DNA of 26,569 nucleotides from an uncultured Chthonomonadaceae bacterium (GTDB lineage Bacteria; Armatimonadota; Chthonomonadetes; Chthonomonadales; Chthonomonadaceae), in the NCBI GenBank assembly GCA_964591025.1, contig CAZPZP010000001.1, positions 1 to 26,569 on the forward strand. The letters run 5' to 3'. Under the pieces are notes generated by a model. That model worked only from the letters and a program-made list of their open reading frames with translations. It was not told where the DNA came from and searched no databases. The translations under genes were made by a program, and so were the position numbers. Shown here piece after piece: positions 1 to 8,303 of this stretch; within the stretch, counting starts at the first letter, position 1; each line of letters starts with the position of its first letter.

Positions 1-17
1 ATCAGATTTTCTCTACT

Positions 18-332
18 TTACCCCATCAATGATTTTTGGACAGCAAGAAAAATTTCATCCTCTAAAAAGACACTATCGCTCCAAGAGTTGTATGTCTTGT
101 GATGTGTTTGTTTGAATTGTTCAAGCAGATACAGTGACGCTTCAACAGCATCACTGCGACTTTTGAATATTGTATTGGCATGAATTCGTATAAAGCCATT
201 CTCAGAAAGTGGACAGGTTGCCCATCTGCTTATCCCCTCATTATCGAACCAATTTTTGGCAATTTGATAATGAGGATGCAACGGGTTGAGGAGAGCAAGA
301 AGCACATTGACATCAGGGAGTTGGATTCTCAT
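18..332 (-). CDS. PIN-domain (VapC-like) toxin, apparently C-terminally truncated
   Basis: N-terminal PIN motif LPDVNVLLALL, then HPHY..A..WF and WATCPLSENGFIRI, typical of VapC family toxins. Start overlaps the upstream stop (ATGA at 329-332). Ends at 104 aa before the usual TD-x-YLLALA segment. Confidence 0.75.
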   Translation of the reverse strand: MRIQLPDVNVLLALLNPLHPHYQIAKNWFDNEGISRWATCPLSENGFIRIHANTIFKSRSDAVEASLYLLEQFKQTHHKTYNSWSDSVFLEDEIFLAVQKSLMG

Positions 333-697
333 GCCGCTCTTGTCTCCTCGGCTTCTTTGGAGGACAGACTCGCTTCATACGCCTCCTGCATCTGCTTTGC
401 GACCTCTTCCCAATTTTCACCCAAGACCTCTTCCATTTCCAAGCGGTACATAAGTTCGTTGACTTGTTCCGGCGTCAGAGTGTCAGTACTCGGCATGCGA
501 ATGATGCCGTCTGAATCCCGGTACTCCGCGAACTCTTCGTCGTATCTTCGCTTGCGTTCGGCGTTTTCTTGCTTGGCTTTCATCTCTGGTGTCATCTCGG
601 CAACGGTGAGGCAGATTTCTGCGTCTTCGGGCAGGGAAAGTGACTCGAACTGCTTGAGGACTTCGGCGGGTTTGCCGGAAAGTTGGATCGGTGTCAT
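329..697 (-). CDS. Putative antitoxin of the VapC-like gene (122 aa, acidic)
   Basis: ATG at 697 preceded by AAGGAG. Acidic, helical protein whose stop overlaps the toxin start. The 243-aa ORF call extends into the divergent gene and is not credible. Confidence 0.65.
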   Translation of the reverse strand: MTPIQLSGKPAEVLKQFESLSLPEDAEICLTVAEMTPEMKAKQENAERKRRYDEEFAEYRDSDGIIRMPSTDTLTPEQVNELMYRLEMEEVLGENWEEVAKQMQEAYEASLSSKEAEETRAA

Positions 698-738
698 CTC
701 ATTCTCCTTTTGGAGCGCGAACGAGTTGTGTGTCTCTA

Positions 739-747
739 TGATACAAT
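739..747 (+). promoter_or_regulatory. Extended -10 element (TGATACAAT) for the thioesterase gene; overlaps a TATCAT hexamer on the minus strand facing the TA operon
   Basis: TGn-TACAAT about 35 nt upstream of the GTG at 781; no good -35. Confidence 0.45.
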
Positions 748-780
748 AGAACCGACAGAAAGAGAAGAGGGAGAGTTTCC

Positions 781-1347
781 GTGACTGAGAACACAACGCC
801 GCCAAACGGCAAATACGCCGACGAAACCGAAGTCCGCGCCGCGCAATTGATGGGAACCGAGTTTGCCAATATCTTCGGAAATGTGCATGGCGGGCAAGTT
901 TTGCATCTCGTAGACAATATCGCGTATGCGTGCGCGGCTCGCTATGCCCAAACCGTCTGCGTAACGGCGTCCGTTGATCGCGTAGACTTCTATGAGCCGA
1001 TTCATGTGGGAGAATTGCTGCATATCGTCGCACGCATTTGCTATGTCGGGCGCACCTCAATTGAAGTGGAGATCAACGTCTACGCCGAAGATTTGCACCT
1101 CGCCTCGACACGCCACACCAACCGCTGCCACTATACGATGGTTTCGCTCAAAGACGGCAAACCGAATCCCGTGCCGCGCCTGATATGCCGCACCCGCGAA
1201 GACAAAGCCCGATTTATTCAAGCGAAAATGCGGAGGGAAATGGGTTTGCGCTATCGGCAGGAGCGAGACGCCTTTCTCGCTCAATTCGACACGATGGACG
1301 ACACCGAACTCGACGCGCTTCTTTCACAGGAAGCCCCGAAAACGTAA
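781..1347 (+). CDS. Acyl-CoA thioesterase (hotdog fold, YciA-like)
   Basis: ANIFGNVHGGQVLHLVD..AYACAARYA and VTASVDRVDFYEPIHVGELL...GRTSIEV motifs. Confidence 0.9.
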   Translation: MTENTTPPNGKYADETEVRAAQLMGTEFANIFGNVHGGQVLHLVDNIAYACAARYAQTVCVTASVDRVDFYEPIHVGELLHIVARICYVGRTSIEVEINVYAEDLHLASTRHTNRCHYTMVSLKDGKPNPVPRLICRTREDKARFIQAKMRREMGLRYRQERDAFLAQFDTMDDTELDALLSQEAPKT

Positions 1348-1368
1348 ATTTTGCGCTCGCCACTGCGT

Positions 1369-1374
1369 TATAAT
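1369..1374 (+). promoter_or_regulatory. Consensus -10 hexamer (TATAAT) upstream of the DUF1559 prepilin gene
   Basis: Perfect TATAAT just after the thioesterase stop; no correctly spaced -35. Confidence 0.35.
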
Positions 1375-1649
1375 ACAACCTTAACCCGTTCTTAACCTTT
1401 TCATAAAGAAGGCGTGTCAGAATACTTTTGTCCTCACGATGGAAATTGCCCGCGTTGGCATTCTCTGTAACAGTTCACACTTGTCGGAGTAAACTGCCAA
1501 AACTGCCCTCTGCCCTTCTCCTTCGAGAGTGGAGAAGAGAGCCGCAAGGCGTTTTTGAGCGAAAATTCCAACAACCTTGGACTGTTACCATTCTCTTTCC
1601 TTGCCTCAATAAGAGTAAGGAGAATATCATCGCTTAAGGAAGAAACATT

Positions 1650-2489
1650 ATGAACAAACGCGCTTTTACTCTGATTGAACTGCTTGTCGTGATCGCCATT
1701 ATCGCGATTCTCGCGGCAATCCTCTTTCCCGTTTTCGCTCAAGCCCGCGAAAGTGCACGTCAAACGTCCTGCCTCTCCAATGGCAAGCAGATTGGGCTTG
1801 CCGCGCAGATGTACACCCAAGATTATGATGAGCAATGGGCTCCCGTAGGTTCCGCCATCGGAAACGCTCTTTTTCTCAATGGCAATATGACTAATGGAAA
1901 CGGACTGCCGTTCAACGGCTGGTCGCTCAATATCCTGCCTTACACCAAAAATCGGGAGATGTTTCGCTGTCCGTCTATGGATCGCGTGTTTCAGGGCAGG
2001 GGCTTCTGTGCGCCGTTCAATGGACAGCAGATGACCAACTCTTATAGTTACAACTGGTTCTTGGGATCGGACGGCTCGTATGGCAGTGCGGGCGATGGCG
2101 ATTATGGACAATCGCCCGATGGCTCATATCGCTGGACTTCCCCGATCAGTGCCGCTGCGATTGCACAGCCCGCGAATGTGATCGCATTTCTGCACTCCAA
2201 TTCGCTGCCTCCGTACGGAACGACATGGGGCTGTCAGTATGTCAGCATCGAGACGCCCGACTTCATCAACAAAATCCGAATGCGTGTACGCCACAAAGAG
2301 GGCGACAACTTCGCCTTCGCCGACGGACACTCGAAATGGTATCAGGTGAAAGACGGCGACAGCGGCGGACAACTGCGCCGCACCTATACCCGCACGGCAC
2401 AGGGCATCTGGATGGTTCCGCAGTATGTACCGAATTCTGTCGGAACAGACTTGGGCTACATTGCCCGCAACAGCCCGCCCGGACCGTAA
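1650..2489 (+). CDS. DUF1559-type prepilin N-terminal cleavage/methylation protein with H-X9-DG C-terminal motif
   Basis: [41 protein letters not shown]-terminus; C-terminal [17 protein letters not shown]; AAGGA upstream. Confidence 0.9.
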   Translation: MNKRAFTLIELLVVIAIIAILAAILFPVFAQARESARQTSCLSNGKQIGLAAQMYTQDYDEQWAPVGSAIGNALFLNGNMTNGNGLPFNGWSLNILPYTKNREMFRCPSMDRVFQGRGFCAPFNGQQMTNSYSYNWFLGSDGSYGSAGDGDYGQSPDGSYRWTSPISAAAIAQPANVIAFLHSNSLPPYGTTWGCQYVSIETPDFINKIRMRVRHKEGDNFAFADGHSKWYQVKDGDSGGQLRRTYTRTAQGIWMVPQYVPNSVGTDLGYIARNSPPGP

Positions 2490-2496
2490 CAACACT

Positions 2497-2564
2497 ATTG
2501 TCCTATAAGGACAATCCGCTCCTCCGCGTCTCTTCCACAAGAAGCAAAACGCGGAGGAGTTTTC
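2497..2564. terminator. Probable (bidirectional) terminator between convergent genes
   Basis: 8-bp inverted repeat ATTGTCCT/AGGACAAT (2497-2515), then 11-bp inverted repeat CTCCTCCGCGT/ACGCGGAGGAG (2519-2529/2549-2559) followed by TTTT on the plus strand. Confidence 0.65.
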
Positions 2565-3712
2565 TATCGTTTGACGCCGAGTGCGGTCAGCTCCAGAACC
2601 AGCAATTGCAGGTTTCCCGCCGGGTCGCTTCCGAACAAGCCTGTCTCTTCAGTCACGCCGCCTTTGTTCGCCAGATCGCAGAGCAGCAGTTTTTCCAACG
2701 CCGCCGAGAGTTCATTCCACGTATAGTTTTTCGAGGTCGCGAAGAGTTCCGCTGCCTTGAACGCCAACTGCGCGATATTGCTTTCGGTGGGAAGTTCGGA
2801 CGCAATTTCGGCGGGCAGGTTGCGGACATCACGGGGATTGACCCGCTTTTCCGCCAAAAACTTCGCCTGCCAGATCATCCGGTATTGCCGTGCGAGGAGC
2901 GCGAGGAGTTTCCCTGCGACTGCTTGGGGCTTCGGGTCGTAGCGGTGCAGTTCCGCCAAAAGGAGTAGGGCGCGATCCGTGTGTCGCTTGGTAATCGCGT
3001 CAATCACGGTAAACATCACATCTTCGGGACTCGACGCGACCACTTCCGCCACATCTTTGCCCGTGACGCTCGCATTCTCACCGACAAAACAGACCAATTT
3101 GATGATCTCCTGCTCCAAAACCATCATTTCGTTTCCGGCGGCATCAACGAGTTGCTGTGCGGCGTCCGGCGCGATCCGCTTGCCTTCCTTCTGAACCCGC
3201 TCCTGCACCCAGTCAATGAGACTGCCGCCCTTGAGCGCGTTGCATACCACTGTCGCGCCGTATTTCTTGACCGCGTTATCGAGTTTGACAGAGACCGCCG
3301 TTTTGCGTTTGCCCTCGTCTTCTTCGGCGGCGGCGATCAAAATCAGGCAAATTCCGTTACCGAATCGAGCGATTCCTTCCGCCAATCGTTCGGCGTCGGA
3401 ACTCTTGCCTCGGTCACGCCATAACTCCATTCCGCGCACAACGACAACGCGCCGATCCGAGCCGAACGGAACCTGACTGGCGGCAGACAAAATCGCGGCG
3501 GCGTCTTTGTCGCTGGAGTCCATTTGCTCCAAGTCGAAATCGGCAAAATCAGCGTTGATGATTTTCGCGATCAGTGCTGCTGCCGCCTCGCTTTTGAGTT
3601 TATCTTCCTCTCCCCAAATCAGATAAACGGGCAAGACATCGGGTTTCCACAGCAACGCGGGCGACCCTGCTTTATAGACAAGTTCTGCGATAGTACTAAC
3701 CTCATACAGCAA
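2564..3712 (-). CDS. holA: DNA polymerase III subunit delta
   Basis: VYLIWGEED N-terminus, ASQVPFGSDRRVVVV, LEQEIIKL, EDVMFTVIDAI and AVAGKLLALLARQYR segments match HolA architecture. The exact start is uncertain. Confidence 0.88.
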   Translation of the reverse strand: MLYEVSTIAELVYKAGSPALLWKPDVLPVYLIWGEEDKLKSEAAAALIAKIINADFADFDLEQMDSSDKDAAAILSAASQVPFGSDRRVVVVRGMELWRDRGKSSDAERLAEGIARFGNGICLILIAAAEEDEGKRKTAVSVKLDNAVKKYGATVVCNALKGGSLIDWVQERVQKEGKRIAPDAAQQLVDAAGNEMMVLEQEIIKLVCFVGENASVTGKDVAEVVASSPEDVMFTVIDAITKRHTDRALLLLAELHRYDPKPQAVAGKLLALLARQYRMIWQAKFLAEKRVNPRDVRNLPAEIASELPTESNIAQLAFKAAELFATSKNYTWNELSAALEKLLLCDLANKGGVTEETGLFGSDPAGNLQLLVLELTALGVKR

Positions 3713-3764
3713 AAAGCCGGATACAAAATCGTATCCGGCGAAAGAACAAAATTGAACCCAAAAC

Positions 3765-4685
3765 CTATAGATCGTAGTTCAGCGGGAACGTATTCAGCGC
3801 GGTCTTCAAATCGAGCTTTTTGGCGCGACCATCGAGGAACAAAACCATCACACGCCCGCTGTTGCCAATCGCGGCATGATGGGTGTTGTAAGTGATGATC
3901 GTACGCTCTGTCGGCGGGTTCTTATATTTGAGTTGTGCGACATAGGGCTGATTGGCTTGATTGATATCGCAAGCCGCCCCGGCAAACCCAGTCCAGTCTG
4001 GCGTATAGTGAAGCGCGTAGACTTTGGTTGTCATATCCGGCAGAGTGACCCATCGCCCTGCTGCATCGATCATAGGACCGATGTCCATGCTGTCCATTTT
4101 GTAGAACCATTTCGCTTTTTCGGCATAATTGGGAGCGGGCATATCGGGATCGCCGTGAAGATCACAGCCTGTAGGATTATCCACATCAGGACGCCAAGTG
4201 ACAAGATTTCCTCCCTGCAAAACTCCATTGGCATCAACGCTTGATCCTGCACCCGATGGAGAGTTTGGAGGATAGTAGGCGACGGTCACCGCAGAGCGAT
4301 CCGTTACCTCTTCATCGCCGCTGAAAAATGACTGGATATTTTTGGCTTGATCACGGAACAGATAGGGATAGAGCGGATTGAGCGTAATGGTGTTCTGCAT
4401 TGGTACAAATATCGTATCGTCCCAGCGCGAAATTCGGTTAACACCATTCTCTTGGGTTTGAGCGTAACCGAACAGTGCCGTCGGGTAACGTTGCTCGTCC
4501 TCGAAATAGAGTTTAACGCTCTGATAGATCGACTGCATATTGCTCATTGTGCTGCTTTGGCGTGCCTGCTCACGAATAGTCGCAAAGACAGGGAAAAGTA
4601 TCGCCGCAAGCACCGCGATAATCGCGATAACCGTCAGCAGTTCGATCATGGTAAAGCCGCGTGTCCGTGCTATATTTTGTCTCAT
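3765..4685 (-). CDS. Type IV pilin-like / prepilin-type cleavage-methylation protein
   Basis: [26 protein letters not shown] class III signal; GGAG RBS; C-terminal H...VMVLFLDGRAK. Confidence 0.88.
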   Translation of the reverse strand: MRQNIARTRGFTMIELLTVIAIIAVLAAILFPVFATIREQARQSSTMSNMQSIYQSVKLYFEDEQRYPTALFGYAQTQENGVNRISRWDDTIFVPMQNTITLNPLYPYLFRDQAKNIQSFFSGDEEVTDRSAVTVAYYPPNSPSGAGSSVDANGVLQGGNLVTWRPDVDNPTGCDLHGDPDMPAPNYAEKAKWFYKMDSMDIGPMIDAAGRWVTLPDMTTKVYALHYTPDWTGFAGAACDINQANQPYVAQLKYKNPPTERTIITYNTHHAAIGNSGRVMVLFLDGRAKKLDLKTALNTFPLNYDL

Positions 4686-4777
4686 TATCCGTCTTCTCCA
4701 AAGTGTCGTGCCGCGTGCCGGACGACGAGTAGGGGAGCATCTTCTCTAAATTTTGCCCTAAGCCGAAGTGTTAGGAA

Positions 4778-5656
4778 TTAGTCCAATCGAAACGCAAGTG
4801 GTCCGCCGCCGTTTTGATGCGGCTGGAGGAACTGCTGCCTCGGAACCGGCTTGGCGGTTCCATTGAGCATCATGACCGGAATTTTGTCCGAATTACTGTA
4901 CCCCGTTTGATGCGTTGACCAAGTGATGACCGTCGAGTCTTCCGGTGCGTTGGGGTATTTGAGTTGGTTCGGGAAAAGGCGGGCATCTTCGCCGCCCAAC
5001 TCGTTGCCCGTCCAATCAATACTGTAGTGGAGTTCATAAACGGGCTGTCCATCGGCACGACGAACAATTTGCCCGTTCGCGTCCAATTTCGGTCCCACAT
5101 CGTAACTGTCATAGGAATAGAAGTAGGCGGTTTTTTCGAGCGGGATCGTATGAACAACGCCGTCTTTCGAGGTGCAACGCACGTTATTCGCAATGGTCTG
5201 ATTAAATGTAACGAGCTGCCCCGCCAAGAAGGAATCGGGCGATGCGGGAAGGTTTTCAGGATAGAGTGCTTCTGTAATCGGCGTGGGATTATTGACGAGA
5301 TTATCAGGTGAATTGAACTGACTCTTGTCAATATTATATTTTGTTCCCGCCGTACACGGACGATAGGTCAACTGTTCGATGCCGACAGGTGTCCCGTTCG
5401 TGCCTGTATGGAAAGCACCATCCGTGTTCTGGACATAACCGAGTAGCACCGCAGGATATTTGCCGTTGTCCGCAAAATAAAGTTTGATGTTGCGCTGAAT
5501 TTCGTTCATCTGACTCATCGTCGTCGTTTGGCGCACCTGCGCCCGAACCCGCCCAAAGACAGGGAAAATGATGGCGGCGAGTATCGCAATAATCGCGATA
5601 ACCGTGAGCAGTTCAATCAACGTAAAGCCCGATTTTCGGCGCGAATTTTTTCTCAT
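4778..5656 (-). CDS. Type IV pilin-like / prepilin-type cleavage-methylation protein (paralog of neighbour)
   Basis: [26 protein letters not shown] signal. Shares motifs with 3765-4685 (KLYF...YP..L.GY; DS.D.GP..DA.G; Y.LHY..DWTG; QLKY.N.P...T.IT...H). ATG 5656; TTG 5662 is an alternative start. Confidence 0.88.
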   Translation of the reverse strand: MRKNSRRKSGFTLIELLTVIAIIAILAAIIFPVFGRVRAQVRQTTTMSQMNEIQRNIKLYFADNGKYPAVLLGYVQNTDGAFHTGTNGTPVGIEQLTYRPCTAGTKYNIDKSQFNSPDNLVNNPTPITEALYPENLPASPDSFLAGQLVTFNQTIANNVRCTSKDGVVHTIPLEKTAYFYSYDSYDVGPKLDANGQIVRRADGQPVYELHYSIDWTGNELGGEDARLFPNQLKYPNAPEDSTVITWSTHQTGYSNSDKIPVMMLNGTAKPVPRQQFLQPHQNGGGPLAFRLD

Positions 5657-5658
5657 GC

Positions 5659-6861
5659 TCAACTTTTCCGTCCCTTCGCAGACGCACTCACAAAAAATTT
5701 CTCTTGGTTCGATGATTTTGACGCCGTGTTTTGCGCGATTGTTCCCGTCGCAGGGCGAATAATTGCTGTCGCTTCTTTGACGGGCGGCAGGGCATAATTG
5801 ATATACGACGCCACGATTTTTTCACCGACAAATAGGGTTAAGAAGAAGCCCACTATCATAAACGGACCAAAGGGAATCGCACTCGTCGGCACAATCCATT
5901 CGTCTTGTTCGCGCTGTTGGATCGCGATTTCCTCTTTTTGTGCCGGATTGACGAAGGTCAGATAGAGATAATTCCACAGGTCGCCGAGCCAGAAACACCA
6001 CAACACTTCATACAGCTGACCACCAAATGTGCCTTCGCGCTCGAACGACAACGCTTCTTCGCTTTTTGATGAGTTCGCCAATTCGCCCGACTTTGCCAGC
6101 AATTCCGCGATTTTGCGTTCGCGAGATTTGATCAGCGGCACGCCGATAATAATCCCAGACAGGCACGCTCCCAAAACCCAAACGAGATGCAGACGCACCG
6201 GACTGTAAGCGGCGGGAACCACAAGCACCAACATCGCGCCCATGCCTCGCGCCAGCAGAACGTCGCCAAGCCCCATCGCCTCGACGCCCTTCCACAGCCA
6301 GCCGACAATCCGCACGCCCCCAAATATCGCCATTCCAATCAAGGCACCGAAGATCGAGCGCGGCATCCAACCCCAAAGCAGCTCGAACCCCGTCTCATGT
6401 GTGGCAATGCCATAAATATCGCGCACCAACGGGATCAGCGTTGCGAGGATATTCAGCGTGTCGGGTATCTCGAACCGCTCATAATCAATGAAAAACACGG
6501 GAACCATAACAGCCGTGAACGCGCAAAACGTCACGGCATTGGCGACGTTATCGCGAAAAAACAGCGTCATCGCGAGAAACAAAACGCCCGTCAACAACTC
6601 CACGCCGAAGTATCGCCACGAGATTTGCTGCTTACATCCTCGGCACTTCCGATCTAAGAGCAAAAAACTGAACAGCGGCACAAGGTCAAGAGCCGTCAGT
6701 CGCCGCTTGCAGTTCGGGCAGAACGACGACTTCGGCTTGTTGAGATTAAGTTCGGGGGTAGCAATCGGCAGACGATAGATCACGACGTTGAGAAAACTGC
6801 CGATACAGGTTCCCACAACAAATGCCGTTGCTACCCAAAACCAAAACGGAACGCCGCCCAT
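5659..6861 (-). CDS. pilD: Prepilin peptidase / N-methyltransferase (A24)
   Basis: GSFLNVVIYRLP, CPNC...CRGC Zn motifs, catalytic Asp in FFIDYE and MGLGD, IPFGPF. Start placed at ATG 6861 because of the GGAG upstream; upstream in-frame sequence is repeat DNA. Confidence 0.92.
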   Translation of the reverse strand: MGGVPFWFWVATAFVVGTCIGSFLNVVIYRLPIATPELNLNKPKSSFCPNCKRRLTALDLVPLFSFLLLDRKCRGCKQQISWRYFGVELLTGVLFLAMTLFFRDNVANAVTFCAFTAVMVPVFFIDYERFEIPDTLNILATLIPLVRDIYGIATHETGFELLWGWMPRSIFGALIGMAIFGGVRIVGWLWKGVEAMGLGDVLLARGMGAMLVLVVPAAYSPVRLHLVWVLGACLSGIIIGVPLIKSRERKIAELLAKSGELANSSKSEEALSFEREGTFGGQLYEVLWCFWLGDLWNYLYLTFVNPAQKEEIAIQQREQDEWIVPTSAIPFGPFMIVGFFLTLFVGEKIVASYINYALPPVKEATAIIRPATGTIAQNTASKSSNQEKFFVSASAKGRKS

Positions 6862-6873
6862 TCGCACTCCATA

Positions 6874-6913
6874 ATGGGTCGTTGGGGCGTTAGGTGATTG
6901 GGTCATTGGGCAA
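6874..6913. repeat. Degenerate 8-mer tandem array (TTRGGTCR-like) x5
   Basis: ATGGGTCG TTGGGGCG TTAGGTGA TTGGGTCA TTGGGCAA. Confidence 0.75.
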
Positions 6914-6936
6914 TGCAGACACAACAGAATAAACGC

Positions 6937-6975
6937 CTCTGCTCGGGGCGTTCCGCCGTGTCGTGCTTCGCACTC
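6937..6975 (+). repeat. REP-like dispersed repeat, copy A (39-bp core)
   Basis: CTCTGCTCGGGGCGTTCCGCCGTGTCGTGCTTCGCACTC matches the core of the copy at 25144-25182 at 36/39 positions; contains the GTGC-TTC-GCAC mini-hairpin. Confidence 0.8.
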
Positions 6976-7005
6976 AAGAATCAGTGCATACGAACGCCAG
7001 TGGAA

Positions 7006-7053
7006 TTGCCCAATAACCCAACGACCCAATTACCTAATGACCCAACGACCTAC
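7006..7053. repeat. Degenerate 8-mer tandem array (YGACCYAA-like) x6, inverted relative to 6874-6913
   Basis: TTGCCCAA TAACCCAA CGACCCAA TTACCTAA TGACCCAA CGACCTAC; overlaps the pilC stop codon. Confidence 0.75.
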
Positions 7054-8279
7054 TTCTCGTCGTCGCCGCCACTGAGGTTTTCGATAACCGCAACCATCGG
7101 GAGCATCAGCGAAATAACGATAAATCCGACACAAACTCCCAAGAAGACGATCATGACGGGTTCAATCGCGGCAGTCAGCGATTGCAGCTGCGATTCGACT
7201 TCGCCCTCATAGAACTCGGCGATCTTAGAGAGCATTTGATCGAGCGCACCGGACTCTTCGCCAATCGAGATCATGTGCACGACCATCGGCGGGAACATTT
7301 TGCTCTTTTCAAGCGGCTCGTTGATTCGGTCTCCCTCTCGAATGCGGGCGCGGGCGTTCATGATCGCTTCCGCAATGATCGAGTTGCCGACGGTGCCGGC
7401 GACTGTTTCCATCGCTTGCAGAATCGGAACGCCGGAGACAAGCAGAGTAGACAGGGTACGTGAGAACCGTGCCAGACAGATTTTGTGACCGAGTTTGCCG
7501 AAGACCGGAATCTTGAGTTTCAAGCGGTCAATAACGCGCCGCCCGACTCGCGTTGTCCCGAACAGTTTAATACTCCAAACGAGAACGGCGATTCCGATCA
7601 GTCCGATGTACCATTTGTTCTTGAGGAAGTCGCTGAAATCCATGAGAAATTGGGTCGGCGCGGGAAGTTCCTTGACGCCCAAATCCTTGAAGAGTTCGAT
7701 AAACTTCGGCACGATAAAGGTACACAGACCAAGAACGATCATTAAAGCGACAATAACGACGATGACCGGATAGGTCAACGCCGATTTGACCTTGCGCCGC
7801 AGTTCCATATCCTTTTCAAGGAAGTGGGACAAACGCTGCAAGGCTTCTTCCAGTACACCACCGACTTCGCCGGCGCGGATCAGACCGATAAACAGATTGT
7901 TGAAGACTTTGGGGTATTTCGCCATGGATTTCGAGAGCGTTTGTCCGCTTTCGACTTCCGTTTGGATTTCCCGCAGAATTCGCTTGAGTTTCGGGTTTGC
8001 CGTCTGCTCGCCGAGAACATCGAGAGCGCGGACAAGCGACACACCGGCATCGATCATCGTCGAGAACTGACGGCAGAAGATCGAGAGGTCGTTGAGTTTG
8101 ACTTTGCCCCAGCCGCCGCCCGCTTTATTCCTTTTCGTTACGCCCGTCTGCTTAACATCATTGACGGTAAAGCCCTGCTCTTGCAGTCGCTTTTTAAGAA
8201 TTTCCTGATTTTCGGCTTCCGACGTGCCGGTTCGCATAGCTCCAGTGGCGTCGCGTACTGTATATTGATAAACAGGCAT
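7050..8279 (-). CDS. pilC: Type IV pilus inner-membrane platform protein PilC (T2SS F family)
   Basis: LSIFCRQFSTMIDAGVSL, GLIRAGEVGGVLEEALQRL, KVKSALTYP, ARFSRTLSTLLVSGVPIL, MISIGEESGALDQML. Confidence 0.95.
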   Translation of the reverse strand: MPVYQYTVRDATGAMRTGTSEAENQEILKKRLQEQGFTVNDVKQTGVTKRNKAGGGWGKVKLNDLSIFCRQFSTMIDAGVSLVRALDVLGEQTANPKLKRILREIQTEVESGQTLSKSMAKYPKVFNNLFIGLIRAGEVGGVLEEALQRLSHFLEKDMELRRKVKSALTYPVIVVIVALMIVLGLCTFIVPKFIELFKDLGVKELPAPTQFLMDFSDFLKNKWYIGLIGIAVLVWSIKLFGTTRVGRRVIDRLKLKIPVFGKLGHKICLARFSRTLSTLLVSGVPILQAMETVAGTVGNSIIAEAIMNARARIREGDRINEPLEKSKMFPPMVVHMISIGEESGALDQMLSKIAEFYEGEVESQLQSLTAAIEPVMIVFLGVCVGFIVISLMLPMVAVIENLSGGDDEK

Positions 8280-8303
8280 AGATTCCCTCCTCCGGTAACG
8301 GAA

